Shown here piece by piece: positions 1 to 11,817 of a stretch of 64,000 bases of DNA; positions within the stretch are counted from its first letter, which is position 1; each line of letters starts with the position of its first letter. The stretch covers positions 54,498,001 through 54,562,000 of the forward strand of contig NC_043010.1 of assembly GCF_006345805.1 (NCBI RefSeq). The letters are read 5' to 3'. Position numbers and translations under genes: made by a program. The stretch comes from Octopus sinensis. Its lineage: Eukaryota. The notes beneath the pieces were generated by a model. It did not search any database. It had not been told where the DNA came from and saw nothing but the letters and a program-made list of their open reading frames with translations.

Positions 1-102
1 GCAGCTCTATCATGCCTGTTGAGATACTCTGTAGGCACTAGAAGACTGCACTTTGAGACAACATGATCAATGGTTATTATAATAATAATAATAATAATAA
101 TA

Positions 103-134
<32 letters not shown>

Positions 135-727
135 CAATGCTGTTGCTGTTGTTACTGCCGTTATTTCTATTAGTAGCGACGGTGCAGAGGCGTTGAAGTG
201 CTTTTAATATATTCTGCCTTCGAATGTCGCTCCGGTCAATTTAACCTTTACCTTTTCAATTCAATATAACTAGATGATATCGTGAAACACAGTGCGTTCA
301 GAAATTGAAATTGCTGGATGGTCTCAGCTCCAATCCTCATTCTAAATGTGCTACTCTTGTGCAGATATGGAAAGCAATCACAAAGAGAGCTGCTGTTGAT
401 AAAACTTTCCCTGAATGCAAGGTATACATCATCCGCAAATGGAAGTAGAAATGTTTAAAAAGCGACTTTAGAGAAACAAAATAATAACTCTTACTTGCAA
501 ATGAACTTCAGTTTTATCTTTGGAATATAAATTTTAGAATATGCTTTATTTCATTAGAAAATATAAAAATCTAATTTGGTAGAGATAAAAACCAAATCTG
601 TGAAGTATTCGAAGATGAAAAGAAATATAATACCATTAAGGTGTGTGAGTTTTCCAACAATGAAAGGCAATAGTTTTTACACAGTATCTCGAATCCGATA
701 TATCTACGTATACACCACATAGGTATA

Positions 728-733
728 TATATA

Positions 734-822
<89 letters not shown>

Positions 823-905
823 CGTATGTATATACATATACATATAAATCTATGTCTATTATCTAATCTATCTATATATATATCATATACATATATATAT
901 ATACA
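728..905. repeat. (AT)n microsatellite; one of dozens of (AT)n/(AC)n tracts in the window
   Basis: Direct dinucleotide repeat; such tracts produce the YIYI/CVCV ORFs in the track. Confidence 0.95.
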
Positions 906-1963
906 TTTACATTTGTGTATGTATGTGCTTGTTTATTCTTGTATGTATGTTTAAATGTGGTTGCTTGAAAGAGATAGAGAGGGAATGAACGTAAGGAATT
1001 TAAAAAAAAAAACTAGAGTGAGCAAGCAAAAGAAGACACAACTGTGTTTCGCAACAGGTGTAGTGTGAAGCATAAATACGATTATAGACAAAAAATAACG
1101 TACATAGAGATGAGCTCAGCAGACAGCAATGCGGTGTAAAGCATATATTCTTTTAAGTGAATCGTATATCACGCATGCAGTTAAATCTACTGAATTTAAA
1201 GTAAGCTATAGAAAGAATATCTTCTTTTATGTAAGAAACTTTTAAAACGATATTGTTTACGTTTATCACATACTACTGCGGCAGAGGGAATATCTGAAAC
1301 AAAGAAACGAATATACTGATATTCCCTAGTGAGATGATAGCTAAGCAAAAAAATAAATATCTGGCGAATAGAGACACACATGAATTGCTGTATCGACTAA
1401 TGCATTGGATGCTGTTATATATCGCTGGATACGATGTACTTACTCGTTTTTCTTTATCTTTCCAGTGATTCCAGCCTCTGGTTTCGTAGACGGAAATCGA
1501 GTCCATCGCAGAATCACCTGTTTTCAGTTGCATGTACTGACACAATGTGAAGTATTTTACTTAGGAACACAAGGCTCCGCTGTTGTGTGAATTGCAACCG
1601 CCATCCATCTCGCATTCGTGAGTGCAACACTCTAACTACAGAATTCTCAAACATCATGACAGCCAAATTCATTGACCTCAAAATTTTCAACGATTTTGGA
1701 AACTTATCGAAACGTTTCGAAACATAAGCACGTATGAAAAAATAAAGTTCAACTCTGAGGTTTAATCTTAACAATTGCACGTCTGAAATATATACTGGTG
1801 CCTTATGGCCGTCCCCACTTTCATTCTTTCGGGGTCACTAAAACAATGTAGCAATTAAGCACTTCGATCTATGTTACAGACGAACCCTCTTCCTGTAAAA
1901 TTCTTTTGAATTGTGACAAGATTTAGAAAGAAGTATTATTGTTACTACAGTTGTATATGAGAT

Positions 1964-2140
1964 ACTACTACTACTACTACTACTACTACTTACTACTACT
2001 ACTACCACCACCACACCACCACCACCACACCACCACCACCGCCGCCGCCAACCCCACCACTACTAACACTATTACTACTAGTAGTGTTAATATTAGTATT
2101 AGTAGTAGGAGGAGGAGTAATAGTAGTAGTAGCAGTGTTA
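1964..2140. repeat. Compound trinucleotide microsatellite (TAC)n/(CAC)n/(TAG)n
   Basis: Direct reading of sequence. Confidence 0.9.
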
Positions 2141-3342
2141 TTAGTAATGGTGGTTCTCGTGGTTGTAGTATTAATTGAAAGATTAGTATTATCTAAGTAC
2201 ATGTTAATTAATAAAACGGAAAAGAATAGAAAGCAATAATGGAGAGACAGAACAAAACGTTCCTTGCGATTAAAAAGGTAAAGCTAACGGAAAAAGAACA
2301 AAAAAGAATCAAATAAAAAAGAAAAAAAACAAAATTCTCGTCTTTTTCTAATAATGAATGAATGATTTGGATACGAAAATGGAAAACTGAATGGAATGAA
2401 ATAGCGAAAATAAAATTATATATAAAAAAATGAATGCATAAAATTGTCTTAATAAAAGACTTACAAAAATATATGAAGATTAAAAAACACACACATAGAG
2501 GCACACACTCATTGTATAAGCACACATACATATCTAACATAGAGATATGTACAAGTGCATGTATGTACGTATGTATATATGCATGTATATATATATATAA
2601 ATAAATATATATATATATATATTATATTATATATATATATTTCTTCCTCTACTGAGTATATTATATATATATATCTTCCTTTCTGTGTGTATAATATATA
2701 TACATATATATATAATATATATATATATATACATATACATATATCATACCATACATACATATATTATATATACACACATGTATATATATTAATATATATA
2801 GGATTTATGTTACATACATCTGTATATATACGTATATGTATGTGCATATATATATATATGTATTTATATATATGTGTGTGTGTGTGGTGTTTGTGTGTGT
2901 GTATATGTATTTATATGTATGTATATATATGTAGATATATACACATATGCATGTATATGTGTGTGTGTATGTACGTATGTGCGTGCGCGAATGCGTAACG
3001 AAAGATTAAGAAAATGGATTTTCTGATACCATAAAATGTCTAAGACAGACAAGATGTTATATTTTTGGTTGTATAATCTCCATACAACCGGATATTAAGT
3101 CTGTGGAAATTCTATAAAATTTACCAAGGAATTTTCATGTTTTTGAAATTGTGCATCTTTATTTGCGTGACGCTTTAAGCGGCACTAATTTTATCTGCCT
3201 TTTCGGTATTCGTGTTTGTAGTTTGTCGGCTGGTGCGGCGAATGTATGTGTGGTAATGTGTGTGTTAGTTTGCAATTAGTTTAGAATAAAATGCAATACC
3301 CAAATACCGCTATAAAAAAATATATATATATACATATGTATA

Positions 3343-3379
<37 letters not shown>

Positions 3380-3484
3380 TTATATATGTAGGTTATATAT
3401 ATATATATACACTATATATATATAAGTATACATATATATATGTCTATTATACGTATATATATGTATTTATATATAGTATGTATA

Positions 3485-3515
<31 letters not shown>

Positions 3516-3603
3516 GTATATATATATGTATGTATGTATATGTATGTCTGTATATGTATGTATATATATGTATATATATATATATGTATATATATATGTT
3601 GTA

Positions 3604-3635
<32 letters not shown>

Positions 3636-3959
3636 ATATAATATATATAATATAGTATTTATATAGTAAACGTAAGCATAATTTCTATAAAATGGTATAT
3701 AAATATATGTATATGAATTGTGTATGCGCCAGACACATACATAGCTATGCACATGAGCAAGCACGTCTGCCTATGTGTTCTTGCGTGTGTAACGCAAAAA
3801 TCGGTTCTATTTTACAATTGAATTGAAATCAGCATTTACCACTATTTTACGTTCATTATTCATTGAACAAAATATTTTTTTAATGTTTTATTTTTCATTA
3901 TACATGACAATTTTGCTGCATATGTTAATATGCATACGTATAAGTGTGTATAAATGTGA

Positions 3960-4680
3960 GTGGTTTTTTGGGAAACCGAATGCTGTCATTGGTTATGGTC
4001 GGCCAGAAAAACATTACTATTGATTCCAAAGCTATAATTAACCCTCACAATATAGGTTCCTCATCAAACGTGCAGTTTAGAAACAGATAAACTCTATTAA
4101 TGGGGATAAAAATACCGTCTATGCGAGTCTGTAGCTGAAAAAACATCCCGAAATAAAAGTTTTTCAAATGAGGAAAGCCACTCTGGGAGAGAAGGAGCAG
4201 TTTCACTTTGAATAGTTTCAACTGTGTTCAAGAAGTGTCAGTTTTTATATGATTTGTGTTTGATTTCTGTTCTTTAGACAGAGAACGGGGAAGCTGATGT
4301 TTTCAGTACGAATTTTCTATGGTGAGTGTACCAACAACATATTTCAGTTTTTGAATTTAAGAAAGCAGCAGAATGAAACGATTTTAGAACGGGGGAGTTC
4401 TTTTTCTCTATAATATGCGAGGTCTGCATTGTCAGCTGCCGTTAAGGTATAACCCAGGTTCTTCCAAGACCTGTATTTCTTTCCCACTAAATTCTTAACG
4501 TTGCACCTCTGGGATTCTAAAAATGACCTGTGGTTATTTAGTCGGAACTTAGTGTCCTCCGCTTTCCAACTTATTTCCTGGTGTGTGTCCAGACATTGTT
4601 GGCTTTGCAGTTTTTTTTTTGGTGGTACTGCTACAATCGCTGCCGTTTCTGTTTCTTCTGCTGGGCTGAGAAGCATATTT
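3960..4680 (-). pseudogene. Possible decayed piggyBac (PGBD-like) transposase fragment
   Basis: Minus ORF PPKKKLQ...SWKAEDTKF...LAYYREKELPRSKIVSFCCFL, and near 3970-4030 a frameshifted ESIVMFFGRH..IRF resembling the piggyBac ESMVPYFGRH...PIRFG motif; many stops and frameshifts. Confidence 0.35.
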
Positions 4681-4697
4681 GAATAATGTATATATAT

Positions 4698-4739
<42 letters not shown>

Positions 4740-5581
4740 TGTTGTGTGTGTATATATAATTATATATGTATATATATATATATAGATATATATATATATA
4801 TATATATTACACATATGTATATATATATATATATATATACATGTATACAAACAAACATATGCGCGTGTGCCTGTGTACTCAGTAGTACTAAGGTAAGAAC
4901 GAAATGTAGAATGTAACACGATGAAAATTTAATCGATTCATTTACGCCTTCGAAGACTCTGTTTACGTAAGAAACTTTTTAAACGATAAGAGGCGGCATA
5001 AATTGTCCTTTTACACCGTTTTGTAAGCTGGAAATAACCTAGGAAATCATTTCCTATGAGACTGCAAATCGGCCGTCTCTCTTTATTCTGTAGCTAGTGT
5101 CACTGAAGTATTTTATGAGAGTAAATATCATGATGTACTTTAGCACAGCACCACCACCACTGTCCATTAATTAAAACTATTCGGTGTATAATATGTATTT
5201 GCTTAGTGTAAAGTTTGAATTAGATACGAGCCATTTTTCTTTCTTTATTGAGATAATATTACTTTCAGACAAACATATTGAAATAAACATTTAAGTTCGC
5301 ATAAATATTACCGTCAGACGGTACTGTTTATGAACGATGTCTTCCGACATCGTGCAGTAAAGTTTTATATATATATATATATATATAATATATTGTATAT
5401 GTATATTATTATATATATGTAATATATTATATGTATATATTTATACATATATGTCTTTATACGTATATATATATAATATATATATATATATAAGATATAT
5501 ATATATATAATATAAGAATATTTTGAGATGATGTACAGGTATTATATATTAGAAGAAATAAGTTATTCAGAAATCTGGATG

Positions 5582-5681
5582 NNNNNNNNNNNNNNNNNNN
5601 NNNNNNNNNNNNNNNNNNNNNNNNNNNNNNNNNNNNNNNNNNNNNNNNNNNNNNNNNNNNNNNNNNNNNNNNNNNNNNNNN
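5582..5681. other. Assembly gap (100 N)
   Basis: Run of n. Confidence 1.
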
Positions 5682-5740
5682 TTCGGGCCTTTATTAGACA
5701 GATTATAACAATGCATAATGTATTCTGTGGCCTTCTTCAG
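5682..5740 (-). ncRNA. Hammerhead-like motif at the 3' end of the PLE, cut by the gap
   Basis: Minus strand reads CTGAAGA-A-GGCC-[long loop]-GGCC-C-GAA then N gap. Confidence 0.5.
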
Positions 5741-7554
5741 CCGCGCACAACAGCTTCCACAAGGACATGTGTGTTACATCAAATATTCTTGGTTGGGGAT
5801 GCAAATTCCTCTCATTCACGTACGACATATGCGGCAGCAGCATAGAGTGAAGCGTCTATCTCTTCTTCTCTGAATGTAGAATGAAAAGGAAAATTGGATG
5901 TTGGGTAAGTAAATAAATAAATACTATATAGAGGTGAGAGGAGGGGCGAGAGTTCGGGACGAGGGATAAAAAATGTATAAAAAGTGTAAGTATAGAATAA
6001 TATAAAAATGTAGAGGATAAAGGGTTGTAAGGAGGTGTAAAGGGGGTAAAAGAAATATAAAGTAAAAATAGAAATAGGAAAAAAGTAAAAAAACCTGATA
6101 AAAACATGATAAAAGTGTAAAAGAATGTAAAGATAAGGGATGTATAGAGGTTATGGACCAAGCATGGTGGTCAGGAGATTGATAAAATTTAGTTGTAGAA
6201 TTGTCAGTACATCAACAGTTTCGTCTGGGGACTTAATGCGTTGTTGTAAATCAGAGCTGATGAGCATTTAATCTGGTTCCTTGAATTAAATGGACTTCTA
6301 GTACATACATATCATCATGGATATATACACCCACATACACGCGTACATATAAGCCTCCAAGCCTATAAGCATACACACGCACTCGCGTGTAAACACGTAC
6401 ATAAACACACACGCACCCACACGCACGCGCGTACACACACTACAACAACAGAATATCCGCATATAACACGGACATTACGCGCGTACACGCTCACATGTAT
6501 ATACGCGCGCCCATCACTACATACACACACGTATATGCCCACGCCTCTAGGTCCAGGTATAAGATATTACAGGATGTGTATAAGAAAGTATGTAAAGAAT
6601 CCCGTACTCATGTCAATACGCGCACGCACACGGTGGTGTCCGTATGTGCGTGCACATATACACTCATATACACACACAGAGACACACGCGCACATGGGTA
6701 TTATAGCTATAAGATATCGAAGTATGCATGTACATATATGCGCGTGCATATGTATGTATGCGTATACACACGTACGCGGACGCTCGTATATCAAAAGGTG
6801 GATCCATAGGTAAGTAAATAACATTATAGAGGTGTAAAGCGATAAGTTAGGGGTAAGAATGAGGGTAAGGGTAAAGATTAGAAATAGAATATACAGTATA
6901 AAATAAGAAATACAATGTAATAGTTAGAAATGAGTATAAGAATTATAAAAATTATAAGAGTAAGGTAAGGGATGAAAATGAAAATGAGAATAAATGGAAG
7001 TAGAATAAAAGTAAATAAAATTAAAAATAAAATTAAAAATAAAATAACATAAAAATATAATTTTGTTTAAAGTTTAACATGAGATGAAGGTGGTTGAAGT
7101 TAGAGGTGTTGTGTTAAACGTAGGGGCGGGGGGGAACTGAAAATTGGAAGGGTGGGAGTGGAGTTTGGCGGTGTGCGTTCAACATCTGAGTTAGGAATGT
7201 GAAAGGGTATAGATATAGGGGAATTAAAGAGACTACATAGGGAGGATATGGGTGTAGGAGAAGAAATATTTAGGGAAAAGAAAGTCATATATGGGAGACA
7301 AAATTTGTATATATAGGGGGAAATGCAGGGAACCCTATATGCACTACACACACCCACACACACACACACACACACACGCACATGTACATATATATGTATA
7401 TGTACACATACGTACACGTATGTGCAACATACATCATACGCACACAACACACATACACATATACACGCACATATAGGAAAGCGGGATGTGCTGGAGCCGA
7501 CAGGTTGCACCGGGTGGGAGGAAATGCATGGGGGAGTTGGTATAAGACTTAAGC

Positions 7555-8649
7555 ATTGTAGTATTTGAAAGCATAATAAGTTTATGTATACAGGATGGTT
7601 TGAACTCTGACCTTTTGTTAATAAGATTGTGTTTGTCTTTGAATTTCAAGATGTTAAGGAGTTCTACACAGCATAGTTGGCATCCTGCTCTATTATTTAA
7701 ATAAGGTGCAGCTGATCCGATGATGGACCATCTGAGTTTGAAGCCTATGCATTTGTCTTTTAATTCCCCAAATTCTTTTAGAGAGGGAGGTGCTGTTAGC
7801 CTTATGTCTGTGTCTCAGCGAGGACCGGTGGTTGTAGTATCTGGATTCCAGGAGGTTGAGCAACAATATAGGTGAGTGTGTTAAAATGAGTACTCACCTC
7901 ACATGAGTATATTACGTTTTCGCCCTACATGCGCCCTGCAGCGGGCATTCTGATGCACATCTGCAGTTGCATTGCATTGCATTGTTCGGTCGTGTGCTGC
8001 TAATCCCAGGCGGAGGTGTTGCAATACGAGTCGGGGCGTTGGTATCCTCCTGGTTGTTGATGGGTGTAGTATTTCCTCTGTTGTGTTGGCGGGTGTTATT
8101 ACTAACTGTTTGGGTAGTATGGCTGCCAGTCTGGTTATATTGTCTACTGTCTGGATGAGGGGGGTTCTGTTGGTCGCTATGGTTTGCTCTTGATCTAGCT
8201 GTTCTAATATTAATATAGTTATGTTTAGCTATGAGGCAGCTCATGTTGGGCAGGTAGAGTAGGAAATCCTAATAGTTTGTTGGAGAAGATACTTCTATAC
8301 TTGTGGGGGTGGGGAAGTTGTTGGAAATTATAGAGAATATTCTCTTACATAACTTACCCCTAACTGCTAAGTTGAAAGGTATGTTGAACCATATATATTT
8401 GCGTAATCTACTATTATCTCTTTTATTCTCCTAATAGGATCTATATGCTCTGTCGGGAGGGTTACTATTGTGTGCTGTTCTATTAGTTCGCCTATTTCCT
8501 ATACGTTGTTTGGAGTTTAAATTAGAATTATCGCTAGTGTGAGTTGAGTGCTGAGTTCGATTATAATTGGGAGTCTTATGGCCGACGGACGCTCCCGGGT
8601 GGTCTACATATGATATTCTCTGGTTATACCCGGCACTATAGAGAGCCTG
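7555..8649 (-). pseudogene. PLE RT C-terminus, linker and GIY-YIG endonuclease (frameshifted)
   Basis: QALYSAGY...RKYIWFNIPFN...NMSCLIAKHN...CNCRCASECPLQGACRAK...HNLINKRSEFKPSCIHK; ORF-track entries 7912..8244 and 7434..7649. Confidence 0.9.
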
Positions 8650-9465
8650 CTATGGGAGGATATGCCTGGAGTTAAATTAATAGTAACGTGGAACAGAAAC
8701 TTTGATGTGGCAATTAAGTGTGTACAGGTGAAATATTACCTGTATAACTTTTCATAAATTACATGCAGCTGCCACCTGCTGAAGAAAAAAGGCAGTTTTG
8801 GAAATGTTTATTCATACAATTTGTACGATTAATTTTATTTATAAAAAAGCCTATATTTAGAAAAATACACATTCAACGTAAACAAATGTAAATTCTACAT
8901 GACTATTACGATATGCAATAAAATTAAGCATGGACTAACCTCAAACAAAATACATGAACAGTGAACATCATAAGAGAAGCGTTAATATTATTTGCTATTT
9001 GAAGTGTCTTGATTTATTTATATTTAATATGAATGTGTGCCTATTTTCGTAGCCTGTTCTGACGACAGAAGCTTTTGTCACTTAACTGATAGCATGCTCG
9101 ACTCCTTGGCTACAACAAAGAACCGGCATTGCTGTTATTGGTTCTAAACGAGCTTTAAGAATATCACCATTTCTAAAGTTGCGTTAAACTGGAGGGGTTG
9201 TTATAACTTCATTTTCCCAGTTAATCAAATCAACATAATGCTGTGCTTCAAAATTAATTTTGTTTAGCAGTTTGAAATGTCTTAATTCTTCACGGGGCAT
9301 TCGGGGAGAAGTTTTTGCTTTAATAATTTGCTGTATTACTACTTCCCTAATTTCTCATCTTCTATCATTCAGCATAGTTAGTATATTATTCTCCAGATCG
9401 GCAAAATGCGAATTAATTTCTCCATAACTTCTTTATGAGCTTCGTTCATATCTTGCATTAGATGT
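8646..9465 (-). mobile_element. Internal fragment of hAT-like transposon inserted in the PLE ORF
   Basis: Nearly identical to 16445-17230 (about a dozen substitutions by eye plus a 35-bp indel); no TIR or TSD. Confidence 0.92.
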
Positions 9466-10440
9466 TGTGCATGATTATTGAACATTTCTCTATTAGAGGA
9501 TAGTTTTGTCAGTCTGTCTGAGATGGCTTGGACCGTGGTGCTAATTATAACAGGGTGGATGGTTGGAAGAGGTATGGATGTATTTGGTAGTTTCTTCTGG
9601 TTTCCTATACGGGTAGTGAAGGTGCTTATTCAAATCTAACGTAACATCTAAGAAGTTTACTATTTTAGTATTGGTCAAAAATTCTAGTTTAAGATTGAAG
9701 GATTTGGAAAAAAAGCCTGATCTTTTTCCTAATTCTTTCTAGTTTACTCCTATTGTTGGTGGGGTATATGAAGAGAGCGTCGTCTCTGTATAGACCCCCC
9801 TGAAGATCCGGTACCTCGGAGAAAAGCTTCTTGAGCAGGTAGGCCCCGACCAAGTCAGTCACCTGAGCTGAATCGCTCGAGCCCATAGCCACATCGAAAT
9901 TGTCGGGGGTATCGGATCTGGTCCAGAGTCTACCGTCGAATTCTATTATGGTTTTTCTAGCTAATAGAATTATGTCATTTTTTCTCTGTCTATGAGTGAA
10001 AGGTTGCGGGCAAAAATAAGGGATTTGTTAAGTAAGATGGGGGATATACTGGCGTAGTAGCTAGCTATGTCGAATTGGATGAATGTAGTCGGGCCTATTG
10101 GTGATAGTGTTAAACCATTCTAGCACATCGTTGGTGTTAATCCATAGTTGGAGTGGGATGTGGGGTTTGATGTGTGGGATCACCCTGTCCAGGATGGTCT
10201 TGCTAAGTCTGCCGATATCCGATTTAGTCGGACAGATTAATCGTACTCCTACACTATCTGGGAAGTCTTTCTTATGGTATTTAATAGTAATTTTGGGTAC
10301 TTGTGGTTTAATAGGTTCTGTTCTGTCCAGGAGGTCTAATTTGCTCATAACTTCCTTGATTTTGTAGTTAATTTCCTTAAGGTTATCCGTAGAAGTAGTT
10401 TTATACTTTTTGCTAAGTTCCCTCATGATGAGCGATTTGT
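9466..10440 (-). pseudogene. PLE reverse transcriptase (frameshifted)
   Basis: ORF-track 10061..10543 and 9689..9892 with GLYRDD; downstream VNFLDVTLDLNK..YRKP..YIHTSSNHPP. Confidence 0.92.
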
Positions 10441-10474
10441 AGATATATATACATATATATGTATACATATATAT

Positions 10475-10517
<43 letters not shown>

Positions 10518-10693
10518 CATATATATATAATAGTTATCGCCATATTAATATGGCATTCTTATAAAAATAAGAAAAAAGCTGTCGGCTTATTAGCTCCATG
10601 AGGCCATCGCCTTAAGTTAGCTATTTGATACACAAACTGTATCCCATAACCTTCGAACAAGGGAGGTCAGTCGCTCCACACTACTTGACCGCA

Positions 10694-10733
10694 GCTACAG
10701 CGCGTTCGGGGTATTGCCCCTTTTCAATGCAGC
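10694..10733 (-). ncRNA. Type I hammerhead, copy 1, damaged by two 1-nt deletions
   Basis: Same as copies 2/3 but reads GAAC-GCG-CTG instead of GAAAC-GC-GTC-TG. Confidence 0.6.
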
Positions 10734-11050
10734 GTAGCCAGCCAGTAGGTGTCGCTTCCGACAATCTCTGTTCGATGGTTTTATTTACCTATTTTCGGTG
10801 GAATACATCCACTGTTTTCAATAATAGAAATATTAAAATAACTAAGTCTCTCTAAAAGAGAACAGCGGCAGCGTTGCCGGAAACTAATAGTTATCGCCAT
10901 ACTAATATGGCATTCTTATAAAAATAAGAAAAAAGCTGTCCGCTTATTAGCTCCATGAGGCCATCGCCTTAAGTTAGCTATTTGATACACAAACTGTATC
11001 CATATAACCTTCGAACGGGAGGTCAGTCGCTCCACACTACTTGACCGGCA

Positions 11051-11092
11051 GCTACAGACGCGTTTCGGGGTATTGCCCCTTTTCAATGCAGC
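11051..11092 (-). ncRNA. Type I hammerhead ribozyme, U3-A8 variant, copy 2
   Basis: GCTGCA-TTGAAAA-GGGG CAATA CCCC-GAAAC GC GTC-TGTAGC; helix I GCTGCA/TGTAGC, helix III palindrome ACGCGT, GUC triplet. Confidence 0.8.
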
Positions 11093-11412
11093 GTAGCCAG
11101 CCAGTAGGTGTCGCTTCCGACAATCTCTGTTCGATGGTTTTATTTACCTAGTTTCGGTGGAATACATCCACTTGTTTTCAATAATAGAAATATTAAAATA
11201 ACTAAGTCTCTCTAAAAGAGAACAGCGGCAGCGTTGCCGGAAACTAATAGTTATCGCCATACTAATATGGCATTCTTATAAAAATAAGAAAAAAGCTGTC
11301 CGCTTATTAGCTCCATGAGGCCATCGCCTTAAGTTAGCTATTTGATACACAAACTGTATCCATATAACCTTCGAACAAGGGAGGTCAGTCGCTCCACACT
11401 ACTTGACCGGCA

Positions 11413-11454
11413 GCTACAGACGCGTTTCGGGGTATTGCCCCTTTTCAATGCAGC
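11413..11454 (-). ncRNA. Type I hammerhead ribozyme, U3-A8 variant, copy 3
   Basis: Identical to copy 2. Confidence 0.8.
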
Positions 11455-11716
11455 GTAGCCAGCCAGTAGGTGTCGCTTCCGACAATCTCTGTTCGATGGT
11501 TTTATTTACCTAGTTTCGGTGGAATACATCCACTTGTTTTCAATAATAGAAATATTAAAATAACTAAGTCTCTCTAAAAGAGAACAGCGGCAGCGTTCCC
11601 GGAAAATAATAGTTATCGCCATACTAATATGGCATTCTTATAAAATAGAAAAAAGCTGTCCGCTTATTAGCTCCATGAGGCCATCGCCTTAAGTTAGCTA
11701 TATATATATATATATA

Positions 11717-11785
<69 letters not shown>

Positions 11786-11786
11786 C

Positions 11787-11817
<31 letters not shown>

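Larger units (their letters stand above)
5682..10445 (-). mobile_element. 5'-truncated, interrupted Penelope-like retroelement (C-terminal GIY-YIG type)
   Basis: RT motifs (KITIKYHK..RLICPTKSDIG, DVAMGSSDSAQVTDLVG, GLYRDDAL, VNFLDVTLDL), thumb/linker (IWFNIPF..SYSTCPNM), CNCR-x4-CPLQGAC, GIY-YIG region (frameshifted TYI(G)..SRYYNHRSS..LRWSII..CQLC..LINKRSE); long 3' region; 5' end bounded by (TA)n. Confidence 0.92.
10529..11700 (-). repeat. Tandem array of ~360-bp hammerhead-containing units (3 full + 93-bp partial) between two (TA)n tracts; retrozyme-like
   Basis: Unit starts at 10529, 10886, 11246, 11608 (aatagttatcgcca...). Confidence 0.95.

Noticed and set aside
1273-1780. Minus-strand exon candidate ending KDKEKR|gtaagt, weakly like the GFxNWK motif of hAT/ZMYM proteins
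   Set aside because: Frame closed shortly upstream and no further motifs; cannot be supported
5325-5362. Perfect 8-bp hairpin acgatgtc-ttcc-gacatcgt after TTTATGA
   Set aside because: Lacks CUGA and GAAA; not a hammerhead as it stands
6195-6300. Partial hammerhead look-alikes (plus CTGATGAG + stem; minus GTC-CCCA-GAC-GAAAC)
   Set aside because: Neither strand has both core halves
10529-11700. CRISPR-like interpretation of the tandem arrays (also 34874-36264)
   Set aside because: Long identical units without unique spacers, eukaryotic context, no cas genes
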